From positions 1 to 34,056 of the forward strand of contig JAPOYZ010000256.1 in assembly GCA_026706325.1 (NCBI GenBank): a stretch of 34,056 nt of DNA, read 5' to 3'. The stretch is from Candidatus Aminicenantes bacterium (GTDB lineage Bacteria; Acidobacteriota; UBA6911; RPQK01; JAJDTT01). The notes beneath the pieces were generated by a model, which had not been told where the DNA came from, did no database searches, and saw nothing but the letters and a program-made list of their open reading frames with translations. Below, in pieces: positions 8,644 to 18,625 of the stretch (within the stretch, counting starts at the first letter, position 1; every line of letters begins with the position of its first letter). A program made the position numbers and the translations under genes.

Positions 8644-9588
8644 CTATGCTCCGACGCGAGCCTCCCGATAGACGCTGGTCATCCAGCCGTGCCGATCCTC
8701 CACCTCGCCCCCGACGTAGTCGAAGAAGTCTTCCTGAATCCGGCTGGTGACGGGTCCCCGTCTCCCCGGGCCCACGGCGATGCCGTCCACGGAGCGGACG
8801 GGGGTGACCTCGGCTGCCGTGCCGGTCAGGAAGACCTCGTCGGCGATATAGAGGCGCTCGCGCGAAATCTGCTCTTCAATGACGGGGTAACCCCGTTCCC
8901 GGGCCAACGTGATCACGGCGCCCCGGGTGATTCCCGGAAGGATGGCGCTGGCCATCGGAGGCGTCGATATCGTCCCGTCTTGAATCACGAATATGTTCTC
9001 TCCCGCGCCCTCGCTCACCAGGCCGTTCGTGTCGAGCGCGATGCCCTCGGTGTAACCCTTGAGGGTGGCCTCCATGTTGATCAGGGTGCTGTTGATGTAA
9101 TTGCCGCCCACCTTGGCCAAGGTCGGGAAGGTGTTGGGAGCGGCCCTGGCCCAACTGGAGACACAGACGTCGACCCCCTGTTCCAGGCCTTCCTCTCCCA
9201 GATAACGTCCCCATTCCCAGACCAGGATGACCACGTCGATGGGATTCTTGAGGGGGTTGACGCCCAATTCTCCGTAGCCGCGGAAGATCAGCGGCCGGAT
9301 GTAGCATGCCCGCAGGGAGTTGGCCCGGATCGTCTCCAGGATCGCCTCCTCGATTTCGGCCGGAGAAAAAGGGATGTCGGTCCGGTAGATCTTGCAGGAG
9401 TTGAAGAGGCGCCGAACGTGCTCCCCGAATTGGAAGATCTCGGGACCGCGGCGAGTCTCGTAGCAGCGGATCCCCTCGAACCACGAGGTGCCGTAGTGAA
9501 GGGCATGGGACATGACGTGAACAGTCGCCTTTTCCCACGGAACCAGCTTTCCGTTGTACCAGACGAAACTGCTCTTGGGCTCGGTCAT
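8644..9588 (-). CDS. ilvE: branched-chain amino acid aminotransferase (class IV)
   Basis: 314 aa. 'HALHYGTSWFEGIRCY', 'YIRPLIFRGYGELGVNP', 'EGAGENIFV', 'GITR' and 'EVFLTGTAAEVTPV' are typical IlvE motifs. Confidence 0.95.
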   Translation of the reverse strand: MTEPKSSFVWYNGKLVPWEKATVHVMSHALHYGTSWFEGIRCYETRRGPEIFQFGEHVRRLFNSCKIYRTDIPFSPAEIEEAILETIRANSLRACYIRPLIFRGYGELGVNPLKNPIDVVILVWEWGRYLGEEGLEQGVDVCVSSWARAAPNTFPTLAKVGGNYINSTLINMEATLKGYTEGIALDTNGLVSEGAGENIFVIQDGTISTPPMASAILPGITRGAVITLARERGYPVIEEQISRERLYIADEVFLTGTAAEVTPVRSVDGIAVGPGRRGPVTSRIQEDFFDYVGGEVEDRHGWMTSVYREARVGA

Positions 9589-9596
9589 AACGATTC

Positions 9597-9625
9597 AGAA
9601 TAGGTGCCGCTCCGGTTCAAGTCAA
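9597..9625 (-). promoter_or_regulatory. sigma70-like promoter for ilvE (-35 TTGACT, 17-nt spacer, -10 TATTCT)
   Basis: The minus strand reads TTGACT(9625-9620)-N17-TATTCT(9602-9597). Only 8 nt separate the -10 from the ilvE ATG (9588) and there is no Shine-Dalgarno. This implies a leaderless or near-leaderless mRNA. Confidence 0.4.
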
Positions 9626-9635
9626 ACTCCGGAGC
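9609..9635 (-). terminator. stem-loop downstream of the VWA gene pair (7-bp stem GCTCCGG/CCGGAGC, 13-nt loop)
   Basis: Inverted repeat 9609-9615 / 9629-9635, about 70 nt after the VWA stop (9707). No U-tract. It overlaps the proposed ilvE -35. Confidence 0.25.
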
Positions 9636-9706
9636 CGGTGTTTCGACATGTTCCAATAATAGCGAACCACAGGTGACATCCGCTTTGATGTCCATCCCCC
9701 CGTTGG

Positions 9707-10684
9707 TCACTCCCCGGCCTTCTCCGGGCCGCCGAAGTAACCCTTCTTGGCCTGAATCGTCAACTTTTTTTCTCCGGGATTTCGGAGTCGGACCTCAATG
9801 GTCCGCCAACCGCCGTTGGTCAACGAATTGGGGGTGATGTAGGCGATCCGGTATTGGTTCCTGAGCTCGCTGGCGATTCGTCGAAAGACGTCATTTAGCT
9901 CGTAAAGCTCCTCGGGAAAGTAGACTTTGGCTCCGCTCTGTCCCGCAATGGCATCGACCGTAGCCCTCAGCTTGTCGTACTGGGATTTGAACACGCCGAA
10001 GAAGCCCCGGTCCCGGCTCAACGACTGGTCCAGCAGGGCCACCACGTAGAGCTGGACTTCGTTGGACCGGGCGATCTTTTCCAAGAGCTCTTCATGCCGG
10101 TAGTAGCTGTCCTTGTCCTCACCGTCGGTGAACACGGTCACCACCTTCTTGGCTTCGGACCCGTTCTGTGCCTTTTCGAGACCGAGATAAATGGCGTCGT
10201 AGAGGGCGGTTCCCCCGCCGACGACGGTGTTGTCCAGCATGTCCCGGATATCCTCCGGGTCCCGGGTGAAGTCCTCTTCCAGATTCACGTCGTCGTCGAA
10301 CATGATCAGGAAATGTTCATTGTCCGGATGGCTCAGGGCAAGAAACAGCTTCGTCGCCCGGTGGGCCAGATCCTGCTTGGCCCTCATGCTGCCGCTCTTG
10401 TCCATGACGATTCCACTGGTGGAGGGAACGTCGTCCTGACCGAAGTAGGTGATCTCCACTTCGGCTCCATCTTCCAAAACCACGAAGTCCTCCGGGGTCA
10501 GTCCCGAAACCAGTTCGCCGTCTTCGTCATAGACGGCGGCGTAAAGGACGACTTGATCGACTTCAGTACGGAAGAAGGGGCGGTCCCGTCCGGCGTCCGA
10601 GCCGCCCGATGATTGTGCCGCCAGAGCCGGGTTCAGAAAGAGGAGACCGGCCAGAGCGGCCCTGATCGAAGTGGAAAGGAACAT
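9707..10684 (-). CDS. VWA domain protein, acidobacterial VWFA-related type, secreted
   Basis: The ATG at 10684 gives the signal peptide 'MFLSTSIRAALAGLLFLNPALAA'. Intact MIDAS residues: 'DKSGSM', 'GGTALYDAIY' and 'FTDGEDK'. C-terminal 'AKKGYF'. The track start at 10804 would overlap the upstream gene. Confidence 0.85.
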   Translation of the reverse strand: MFLSTSIRAALAGLLFLNPALAAQSSGGSDAGRDRPFFRTEVDQVVLYAAVYDEDGELVSGLTPEDFVVLEDGAEVEITYFGQDDVPSTSGIVMDKSGSMRAKQDLAHRATKLFLALSHPDNEHFLIMFDDDVNLEEDFTRDPEDIRDMLDNTVVGGGTALYDAIYLGLEKAQNGSEAKKVVTVFTDGEDKDSYYRHEELLEKIARSNEVQLYVVALLDQSLSRDRGFFGVFKSQYDKLRATVDAIAGQSGAKVYFPEELYELNDVFRRIASELRNQYRIAYITPNSLTNGGWRTIEVRLRNPGEKKLTIQAKKGYFGGPEKAGE

Positions 10685-10710
10685 GGCGGTGACCCGGACC
10701 CCGCAAACGG

Positions 10711-11604
10711 TTACTTGTTGGGAGCGAAATAACCCTTCTTGGCGCGGACGATCAGCCTGGGCAGTCCTTCGGGGGGATCCAGCTTGACCTTGATCTTCCG
10801 CCATTTACCGTTGAAGGTTCGGTCCGTGGGGACGTAGCCCAACAGGTACTGATTACGAAGCTCGGTGTGGATCAGATCCACGAAATAGTCCAACTGCTTG
10901 AAGTTGTTGGGAAAGAACGCCCGGCCGCCGGTCAGGCTGATGATCTCGGCGATGATGTCCCGGCCATAGGGCAGACGGCCCCGTTCCCCGATCACGTAGA
11001 GTTGGACATCCGATTCCTTGACGTATTGTTTCAACTCGCTGAAGGTGTATCGGCTGCTGTTGTCTTCCCCGTCCGTGATCACGATCAGAGCCTTCTTGTC
11101 GTGGCGCGCATCGCGAATCTTTTCCAAGCCCAGATAGATGGCGTCGTAGAGAGCGGTCCGGCCTTTGGGGTTCGAGATGGTGACCTGATTCTGGACATTC
11201 TCGCTCTGCGCGGTGAAGTCCTGGACCACCGAGGTCCGGTCGTTGAAGGTGATCAGGAAATACTCGTCCTGGCGGTTGCCCTGCTTCAGGAAGCGGACTA
11301 CGGAGTTGCGCGCACTCATCATGTTGTCGCCCATGGACCCGCTTCGGTCCAGGATGATGCCGACGCTGATGGGCGCCTTGTCGACGGAGAAGTGGATGAG
11401 GGACGGCTCGACCTTGCGTTCGAAGACTCGGAAGTGCTCGGGTTCGAGGCCGATCACATAGCGGTTCAAGGGATCGGTCACGGTGACCCTAAGGGCCACC
11501 ATGTCGACATCCACCCGAAACCGGGGAGGCAGGTCCCGCTCGTTGGCGTTAGCCCAGGGACTCCCCAGCAACAGTATGAGTGCGGCTGGGAGAAATCTAC
11601 CCAT
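10711..11604 (-). CDS. VWA domain protein, acidobacterial VWFA-related type, secreted
   Basis: Signal peptide 'MGRFLPAALILLLGSPWANA'. MIDAS 'DRSGSM', 'GRTALYDAIY' and 'ITDGEDN'. C-terminal 'AKKGYFAPNK'. It is a paralog of the gene immediately downstream. Confidence 0.85.
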   Translation of the reverse strand: MGRFLPAALILLLGSPWANANERDLPPRFRVDVDMVALRVTVTDPLNRYVIGLEPEHFRVFERKVEPSLIHFSVDKAPISVGIILDRSGSMGDNMMSARNSVVRFLKQGNRQDEYFLITFNDRTSVVQDFTAQSENVQNQVTISNPKGRTALYDAIYLGLEKIRDARHDKKALIVITDGEDNSSRYTFSELKQYVKESDVQLYVIGERGRLPYGRDIIAEIISLTGGRAFFPNNFKQLDYFVDLIHTELRNQYLLGYVPTDRTFNGKWRKIKVKLDPPEGLPRLIVRAKKGYFAPNK

Positions 11605-11615
11605 GTACTGAAACC

Positions 11616-11621
11616 ATTCTA
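11616..11621 (-). promoter_or_regulatory. -10-like hexamer TAGAAT, 11 nt upstream of the VWA ATG
   Basis: The minus strand reads ...CTTTTACTTTTTAAACGTATGCCATAGAATGGTTTCAGTAC-ATG. The flank is AT-rich, with a possible -35 TTTACT at a 16-nt spacing. No Shine-Dalgarno. Confidence 0.35.
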
Positions 11622-11699
11622 TGGCATACGTTTAAAAAGTAAAAGTGACCCCGGGGAGGGAGGGTGTCGAGTCAAAAGCGGGCTGTTGACCACGGACTG

Positions 11700-14033
11700 T
11701 CAATCCCGGTTGTCCACTTCTTCGAAGTAGTTGGGCGCCACCAGAATGTCACGGGCCTTGCTTCCGTCGGGGGGACTGATGATGCCCTCGTGCTCCATGA
11801 TGTCCAAGAGCCTCGCGGCACGTCCGTACCCGATTCTGAGCCTTCGCTGCAGGAGGGAAGTGGAAGCCTTGCCGGTCGCCACCACCAACCGGGCGGCCTC
11901 ATCGAACAGGCTGTCTTCCGCGGGCGAGACGCCGCCGACCGCTCCGGGTTCGTTCTCCTCCTCGTCGCTGGCGAGGATCTCCTCACGGTATTCGGGATTG
12001 CCCTGGTCCTTGATGAAGGAGGTCAGGCGATTGATTTCCTTCACGCTCACCCAGGCCCCGTGGGCGCGAACCAGCCGTGAGGTTCCGGGAGAAAGCGCCA
12101 GCATGTCTCCCATGCCCAGCAGCTGCTCCGCGCCGTTGCCGTCCAGGATGGTCCTGGAGTCGATCTTGGAAGAAACCCGGAAAGAGATCCGGCTGGGGAA
12201 ATTGGCTTTGATCAGGCCGGTGATGACGTCCACCGACGGGCGCTGCGTGGCGAGAATCAGGTGGATCCCGATGGCCCTGGCCATTTGGGCGAGTCGAGTG
12301 ACGGCGGTTTCCACCTCTTTGCCCGTGGTGAGCATGAGATCGGCCAACTCGTCGACGATAACGACGACATAGGGAAGGGGACCCTCTTCCGACTGGTGCG
12401 GATTTTCGGTCACCAATTTGTTGTATTCCCCAATGTCGCGAACACCGGCGTGCGCCAGCGTCCGGTACCGTTGCTCCATCTCTCCCACGGCCCAGTTCAA
12501 GGCGTTGGCCGCCTGCTTGGGGTCCGTGACGATCGGCGCCATCAAGTGTGGAATGTCGGCGTACAGCCCCAGCTCGAGCCGTTTCGGATCGATCATGATG
12601 AATCGGACTTCTTCCGGGCTGGCCTTGTAGAGGATGGAGCAGACGACGCAGTTCAGGGCCACGCTCTTCCCCGATCCGGTGGCCCCGGCAATGAGAAGAT
12701 GCGGCATTCGCGAAAGGTCCGCCACGTAGTTGGCGCCATGGATGGTTTTCCCGAGTCCCAGAGCCAGAGGGGACTCCATCTGGTGGAAGCTGACGGACGA
12801 GAGGATCTCTCTCAAATGGATGATCTGGCGATCCGAGTTCGGGACTTCGATGCCGACGGTGTTCTTTCCCGAGATCCGTTCGATGCGGACCGACTCGGCC
12901 TTCAGAGCCAGACAGAGATCGTCCGACAGATTGGTGACGCGGCTGTACTTGATGCCCGGATCCGGCTTGAACTCGAAGGTCGTGACCACCGGTCCGGGAT
13001 GAATTTGCAACACTTGGCCCAAGACCCCGAACTCGGCGCACTTGGTCGCCAGGATATGGGCTCTTCGTATGAGGTCGGCCTCGTCGATCTCCTGCTTGAT
13101 CAGGTTCTCCTCCAGGTAGTCCAGAGGAGGGAGCGTGTAGGTGGAAGCCGCGGGCTGCTTGGGCGGGTCGACCGGAGCCGATTCCGCCGGAGCCGCCGCC
13201 ACCGGCACCGCGAAGGCTTCGGCCTCCGGTCCGGCCTCCGGTGCAGCCTCGGGCAAAGCGGCCGGAATGGCCTGCGGGGTCGTTGAGACGGTCTGCGAAA
13301 CCGTTTGTGGAATAGTTTCCGGGATGTTCTCGGGAGGAGGAGCATCTTCGGACTTGACCCCGTCCCAGGTCATCTTCCGCGGCATCGGTTGCGCCACTTG
13401 GGAATCCGTCTTTTCGTTCCAGGTCGCCGCTTCCTTTTTTTGGCGCCGGCTATGAGTCCAATGGGAATAGTTCGCCCAGGCGTTCCGAATGACGTTCCAG
13501 TTGCGGTCGCCGATCCAGCCCAGGAACCGGTTCACGGAAAAAGTGGTGCCGGCAACCAGAGATAGAATCAGGACCGTGGCCAGGAGGAGCAGGGCTCCGG
13601 GAGCGTTCAGCAAGGAGGTGAGGTATTGCGCCAGTATCACTCCCAGGATCCCGCCGGGAGCAAAGTTCACATCCGGACGGATGGGCAGAGGAACGATGGA
13701 GAAGGCCGCGCTCAAGGCGATCAGGCCGGATACGGCGCAAAACAGCTTCAGGAAGGGGTCTTCGAGACGCCGTCTCCGAAGCCACCGGTATCCCAGGAGC
13801 AGAAACGGAATGGGCACGCAAAGGGCCGACCAACCGAGCAGTTGGTACAGAACGTCCGAGCTCAAGGCGCCGATCTTGCCCGCCAGATTGGAGTAGATCT
13901 GGCTGGACGAGGCGACGCTGTATGAGGCGTCGGTGGGATCGTAGCTCACGAGGGACAGGGTCAGCAGGGCGGAGCCGAACAGAAGGGAGAGTCCGACCAA
14001 TTCCGAAATGCGCTGGTAGGCCTGGATGCTCAT
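11700..14033 (-). CDS. ftsK: DNA translocase FtsK
   Basis: 777 aa. N-terminal TM helices, a Pro/Ala-rich linker, Walker A 'GATGSGKS', Walker B 'VVIVDELADLM', and a C-terminal gamma winged-helix 'TSLLQRRLRIGYGRAARLLDIMEHEGI'. AAGGAG lies 5 nt before the ATG. Confidence 0.95.
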   Translation of the reverse strand: MSIQAYQRISELVGLSLLFGSALLTLSLVSYDPTDASYSVASSSQIYSNLAGKIGALSSDVLYQLLGWSALCVPIPFLLLGYRWLRRRRLEDPFLKLFCAVSGLIALSAAFSIVPLPIRPDVNFAPGGILGVILAQYLTSLLNAPGALLLLATVLILSLVAGTTFSVNRFLGWIGDRNWNVIRNAWANYSHWTHSRRQKKEAATWNEKTDSQVAQPMPRKMTWDGVKSEDAPPPENIPETIPQTVSQTVSTTPQAIPAALPEAAPEAGPEAEAFAVPVAAAPAESAPVDPPKQPAASTYTLPPLDYLEENLIKQEIDEADLIRRAHILATKCAEFGVLGQVLQIHPGPVVTTFEFKPDPGIKYSRVTNLSDDLCLALKAESVRIERISGKNTVGIEVPNSDRQIIHLREILSSVSFHQMESPLALGLGKTIHGANYVADLSRMPHLLIAGATGSGKSVALNCVVCSILYKASPEEVRFIMIDPKRLELGLYADIPHLMAPIVTDPKQAANALNWAVGEMEQRYRTLAHAGVRDIGEYNKLVTENPHQSEEGPLPYVVVIVDELADLMLTTGKEVETAVTRLAQMARAIGIHLILATQRPSVDVITGLIKANFPSRISFRVSSKIDSRTILDGNGAEQLLGMGDMLALSPGTSRLVRAHGAWVSVKEINRLTSFIKDQGNPEYREEILASDEEENEPGAVGGVSPAEDSLFDEAARLVVATGKASTSLLQRRLRIGYGRAARLLDIMEHEGIISPPDGSKARDILVAPNYFEEVDNRD

Positions 14034-14065
14034 GGCGACTCCTTCCGACGATCGATGCGTCCTGG

Positions 14066-15733
14066 CTACAGGGCCAGCATCATCGGGACGATCAAGGGCC
14101 TTTTCCTCGTGCGTTTGCGCAGGAATCGCTTCAACCCGGTCTGCAGCATCTCTTCCAGCAGGCCTTCGTCCCGTTTCCCGTTGGCGCCGGTTTCGGACAC
14201 GAGTCGGCGGATCCGGGCCCGGGTCTCCCGCATCAGGTCCTGGGAATCCTCCGGTTGAACGAATCCGCGGGAGATCAACTCCGGCTCTCCGATGAGTTCC
14301 CAGCTCATCCGGTCCAGCCGAAGTCCCACCACCAGAACCCCGTCGGTGGCCAGAAAACGGCGGTCTCTGAGCAGGTCCCGATCCACCTGCCGCCGGATGC
14401 CCTCATCGATAAAGCGGCGTCCTGCCGGGACCCGGCCCAGGATCTCGGCCTTGTCGGGACCCAGGCCCAGGACTTCTCCGGATTCCAGGAGATGGACCCG
14501 GCCGGGGGGGATCCCCTGGCGCCGGGCCAGGCTGGCGTGGGCCGCCAACTGGCGGAACTCGCCATGGATGGGAATGAAGAACCGGGGCCGCGTCAGGTCG
14601 ATCATCAGCTTGAGGTCTTCCCGGTAACCGTGCCCCGAAGCGTGGATCGGCTCATGGCGGGAGTCCAGCACGCGGGCTCCTCTGCGGTAGAAGTGGCTGA
14701 TCATCTGGCCGATAGCCTTCTCGTTTCCGGGAATGATGCGGGACGAAAGGAGGACGAGATCTCCGGGCTTGATTCGAACCTGGGGAACCTGGTCCACGGC
14801 CAACCGCCTCATGGCCGACATGGACTCTCCCTGGCTGCCGCTGGCCAGGACGACGAGGCGTTCCGACGGTATCCGCGCCAGATCGTCCCGCGACCTCAAG
14901 ACTTCCGAATCCGTCCTCAGATATCCCAGCCGGGACGCCAAGCGGATGTTGGAGACCATGCTCCTCCCCAAGGGAACCACCTTGCGCCCCACCTTGCGGG
15001 CCAGGTCCAGGACGATTTGGATCCGGTGCATGCTGCTGGCGAAGGTGGCCAGGATGATCTTGCCGTCGGCTTGGCGAAAGAGGTTTTCCAGAGGCTCGTA
15101 AACGGAAGACTCGGAAGGAGAAAGACCCGGGACGTCCGCGTTGGTGCTGTCCGAAAAGAGCGCCAGGACACCCTCTTGCCCCAATTCGGCGAGTCGCGCC
15201 AGGTTGCTCCTGTGGCCGTCGATGGGGGTCTGGTCGAACTTGAAGTCTCCGGTCCAGACAATCCGGCCCGCGGGAGTCCGAACCGCAAAACAAAAGCTTT
15301 CGGGAAAGGAATGGGTGACCCGGAGTGGTTCCACCCGGAAGACCCCCAGGTCCACGGGACGATCGGCTTCCAGTGATCGAAGGTCTGCCTCTTTGTCCAG
15401 TCCCCGCTCCCGGAGCCGCGATGAGACCATGCCCAAGGTCAGCCGGTTGGCGTAGACCGGGACCTGAAGCTGATCGATGATGTAGGAGACGCCCCCGGCG
15501 TGGTCCTCGTGGCCGTGGGTCAACACGATGCCCCGCAACTGGCGCCGGTTTTCCAGGAGGAAGCTGATGTCGGGGACCATCAGATCCACGCCCAGGCTGG
15601 TCACCGGGCGACGGCCCGGAAGCATCATTCCGGCATCGACCAGAATCAGGTCGTCTCCGGCCCGGAGGGCGGCACAGTTCATCCCGAATTCGCCCAGCCC
15701 TCCCAGGGGGATGACTTCCAAACGACCGCTCAT
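14066..15733 (-). CDS. rnj: ribonuclease J (metallo-beta-lactamase / beta-CASP)
   Basis: The ATG at 15733 gives a 555-aa protein beginning 'MSGRLEVIPLGGLGEFGMNC', with 'LTHGHEDHAGG' and 'IHASGHG'. The longer track ORF (to 16261) overlaps rsmA and is Arg/Pro-rich. Confidence 0.9.
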   Translation of the reverse strand: MSGRLEVIPLGGLGEFGMNCAALRAGDDLILVDAGMMLPGRRPVTSLGVDLMVPDISFLLENRRQLRGIVLTHGHEDHAGGVSYIIDQLQVPVYANRLTLGMVSSRLRERGLDKEADLRSLEADRPVDLGVFRVEPLRVTHSFPESFCFAVRTPAGRIVWTGDFKFDQTPIDGHRSNLARLAELGQEGVLALFSDSTNADVPGLSPSESSVYEPLENLFRQADGKIILATFASSMHRIQIVLDLARKVGRKVVPLGRSMVSNIRLASRLGYLRTDSEVLRSRDDLARIPSERLVVLASGSQGESMSAMRRLAVDQVPQVRIKPGDLVLLSSRIIPGNEKAIGQMISHFYRRGARVLDSRHEPIHASGHGYREDLKLMIDLTRPRFFIPIHGEFRQLAAHASLARRQGIPPGRVHLLESGEVLGLGPDKAEILGRVPAGRRFIDEGIRRQVDRDLLRDRRFLATDGVLVVGLRLDRMSWELIGEPELISRGFVQPEDSQDLMRETRARIRRLVSETGANGKRDEGLLEEMLQTGLKRFLRKRTRKRPLIVPMMLAL

Positions 15734-15744
15734 TTGGCGGCCAA

Positions 15745-16545
15745 CTATAGCATGCGTGCCAGACACACAAACTGTTCCAAAGACACCTCCTCCGCCCTCT
15801 GACGGGGTTCGATTCCGGCGTTTTCGAAGGCCGGCTCCAGGCGCCCCTTCCAGGGTCCGAACAAGCTCCGGAGATTGTTCCTGAGGGTCTTCCTGCGCTG
15901 GCTGAATCCGGTCCGGATCAGCCGCAGGAATCGGTCGTGGCAGGGGAGGTTGGCCGGCCGTGGGCGCGGGATCAACTGCATGGCGTGGGAGCGGACCTCG
16001 GGTGGAGGGGCAAAGGCGCCGGCCGGCACGTCGAAGCCGCGAATCCGGGAAAAGCGGTGTTGGAGCACCAGGGTGAGATAGCCGTAGCTCTTGGAGCCGG
16101 GCCGGGCCAGAATGCGCTCGGCGACCTCCTTCTGGACCATGAAAGTGAAGCTGTGAAACCGATGGCCGAAAGGAATCATCTTTGTGAGTACGGCGGTGGC
16201 GATATTGTAGGGAAGGTTGGCCACCAGCTTGACGGGAGCTTCGGGAAAGGTGGCGGCCCAATCCAGATCCAGGACGTCCGATTGGATCAGGGTCAGCCGC
16301 GGCAGGGACTCGGGCCTGAGACTGCGCTTGAGATGTTCCGCCAGGTCCCGGTCGAACTCGATGGCGACCACATTGCGGGCCCGTTCCAGGATGAGCCGAG
16401 TGAGCTGGCCGGTGCCGGGGCCGATTTCGATGACGGTGTCCCGGCCGGTCGGCGCCGCCAGCCGGACCATCCGGCGGCAGTAGCCGGCGTCGTGGAGGAA
16501 GTGTTGCCCCAGGGATCGTTTGGCCCGGGGGAATTTCGGAGTCAT
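15745..16545 (-). CDS. rsmA: 16S rRNA (adenine1518/1519-N6)-dimethyltransferase
   Basis: The ATG at 16545 gives 266 aa beginning 'MTPKFPRAKRSLGQHFLHD', with the SAM motif 'VIEIGPGTGQLT' and 'VANLPYNI'. The extra N-terminal 54 codons in the track are not KsgA-like. Confidence 0.9.
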   Translation of the reverse strand: MTPKFPRAKRSLGQHFLHDAGYCRRMVRLAAPTGRDTVIEIGPGTGQLTRLILERARNVVAIEFDRDLAEHLKRSLRPESLPRLTLIQSDVLDLDWAATFPEAPVKLVANLPYNIATAVLTKMIPFGHRFHSFTFMVQKEVAERILARPGSKSYGYLTLVLQHRFSRIRGFDVPAGAFAPPPEVRSHAMQLIPRPRPANLPCHDRFLRLIRTGFSQRRKTLRNNLRSLFGPWKGRLEPAFENAGIEPRQRAEEVSLEQFVCLARML

Positions 16546-16728
16546 ACGTGGGACCGCAGGCAGTCCGCGGCGACTGTCAACGCAGGCTCCTATGTTAACA
16601 TGTGCCGCGGTGGGCGCTCCGGGTTCTGCGCCACCGCAATCAGAGGCAGTCAACAAGGGTTTCTGAAGGTCAAGCGGGGCCGGCGGCGGCGTTGGGCGTC
16701 CGCTCAATAGAGATTTCAGGAGGACAGG

Positions 16729-17055
16729 ATGAGCGACAAGGTTCAGGACGTTACAGATCAGAGTTTCGAGACGGACGTTTTACAGTCGAGCGATCCGGTG
16801 CTGGTGGATTTCTGGGCGGCTTGGTGCGCGCCCTGCCGGATGCTCTCTCCCACCATCGATCAGATTGCCCAGGACTTTGCCGGTCGCGCCAAGGTGGTCA
16901 AGCTCAACGTCGACGACAACCGTGAGACCTCGGCCAAATATGGGATCCGGGGCATTCCGACGCTGCTGCTCTTCAAGAATGGGGAACTCAGAGACCAGGT
17001 CGTTGGCGCCACGTCCCGGGAGAACATCGCTCGGCTGATCGAGAACCAGCTCTAG
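16729..17055 (+). CDS. trxA: thioredoxin
   Basis: 108 aa. 'VLVDFWAAWCAPCRM' and 'GIRGIPTLLLFKNG'. AGGAGG lies 5 nt upstream of the ATG. Confidence 0.95.
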   Translation: MSDKVQDVTDQSFETDVLQSSDPVLVDFWAAWCAPCRMLSPTIDQIAQDFAGRAKVVKLNVDDNRETSAKYGIRGIPTLLLFKNGELRDQVVGATSRENIARLIENQL

Positions 17056-17167
17056 CCGTCGTCGCGTCCGGAGATGGATGACCGACCCGGTTGAGGAACT
17101 TTCCATTCAAGGTTGACTGCAGTTCGGCTTGCAGCCGGTATGCCAGCCGATCCGGTCAGGTCCCTGA

Positions 17168-18511
<1,344 letters not shown>

Positions 18512-18527
18512 GAGGGGAGACTGGAGC

Positions 18528-18612
18528 GGGGACTGTTAGTCCCCAATTGCGGAGGGGGATGTCCGGTCCCCCGACCCGAGTAAAGGCGTATAGGGGGGAC
18601 TGCCGTCCCCCC
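18528..18612. repeat. three GC-rich stem-loops sharing a GGGGAC/GTCCCC-type stem
   Basis: GGGGACT-GTT-AGTCCCC (18528-18544). GGGGGA-TGTCCGG-TCCCCC (18554-18572). GGGGGGAC-TGCC-GTCCCCCC (18593-18612). They lie between the convergent purA and TonB-dependent receptor genes. Confidence 0.75.
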
Positions 18613-18625
18613 TAACCCCCCGGTC

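Noticed and set aside
11653-11664. G-run GGGGAGGGAGGG (possible G-quadruplex) and the CCCCGGGG palindrome in the ftsK/VWA intergenic region.
   Set aside because: There are only three closely spaced G-runs, and the fourth is about 18 nt away. The palindrome is too short to form a stable hairpin. It is more simply part of a GC-rich spacer upstream of the AT-rich promoter region.
13100-13330. Repetitive Pro/Ala/Glu-rich coding stretch (…ALPEAAPEAGPEAEAFAVPVAAAPAESAPV…) inside ftsK.
   Set aside because: It corresponds to the variable low-complexity linker between the membrane and motor domains that is normal for FtsK. It is not an independent repeat element.
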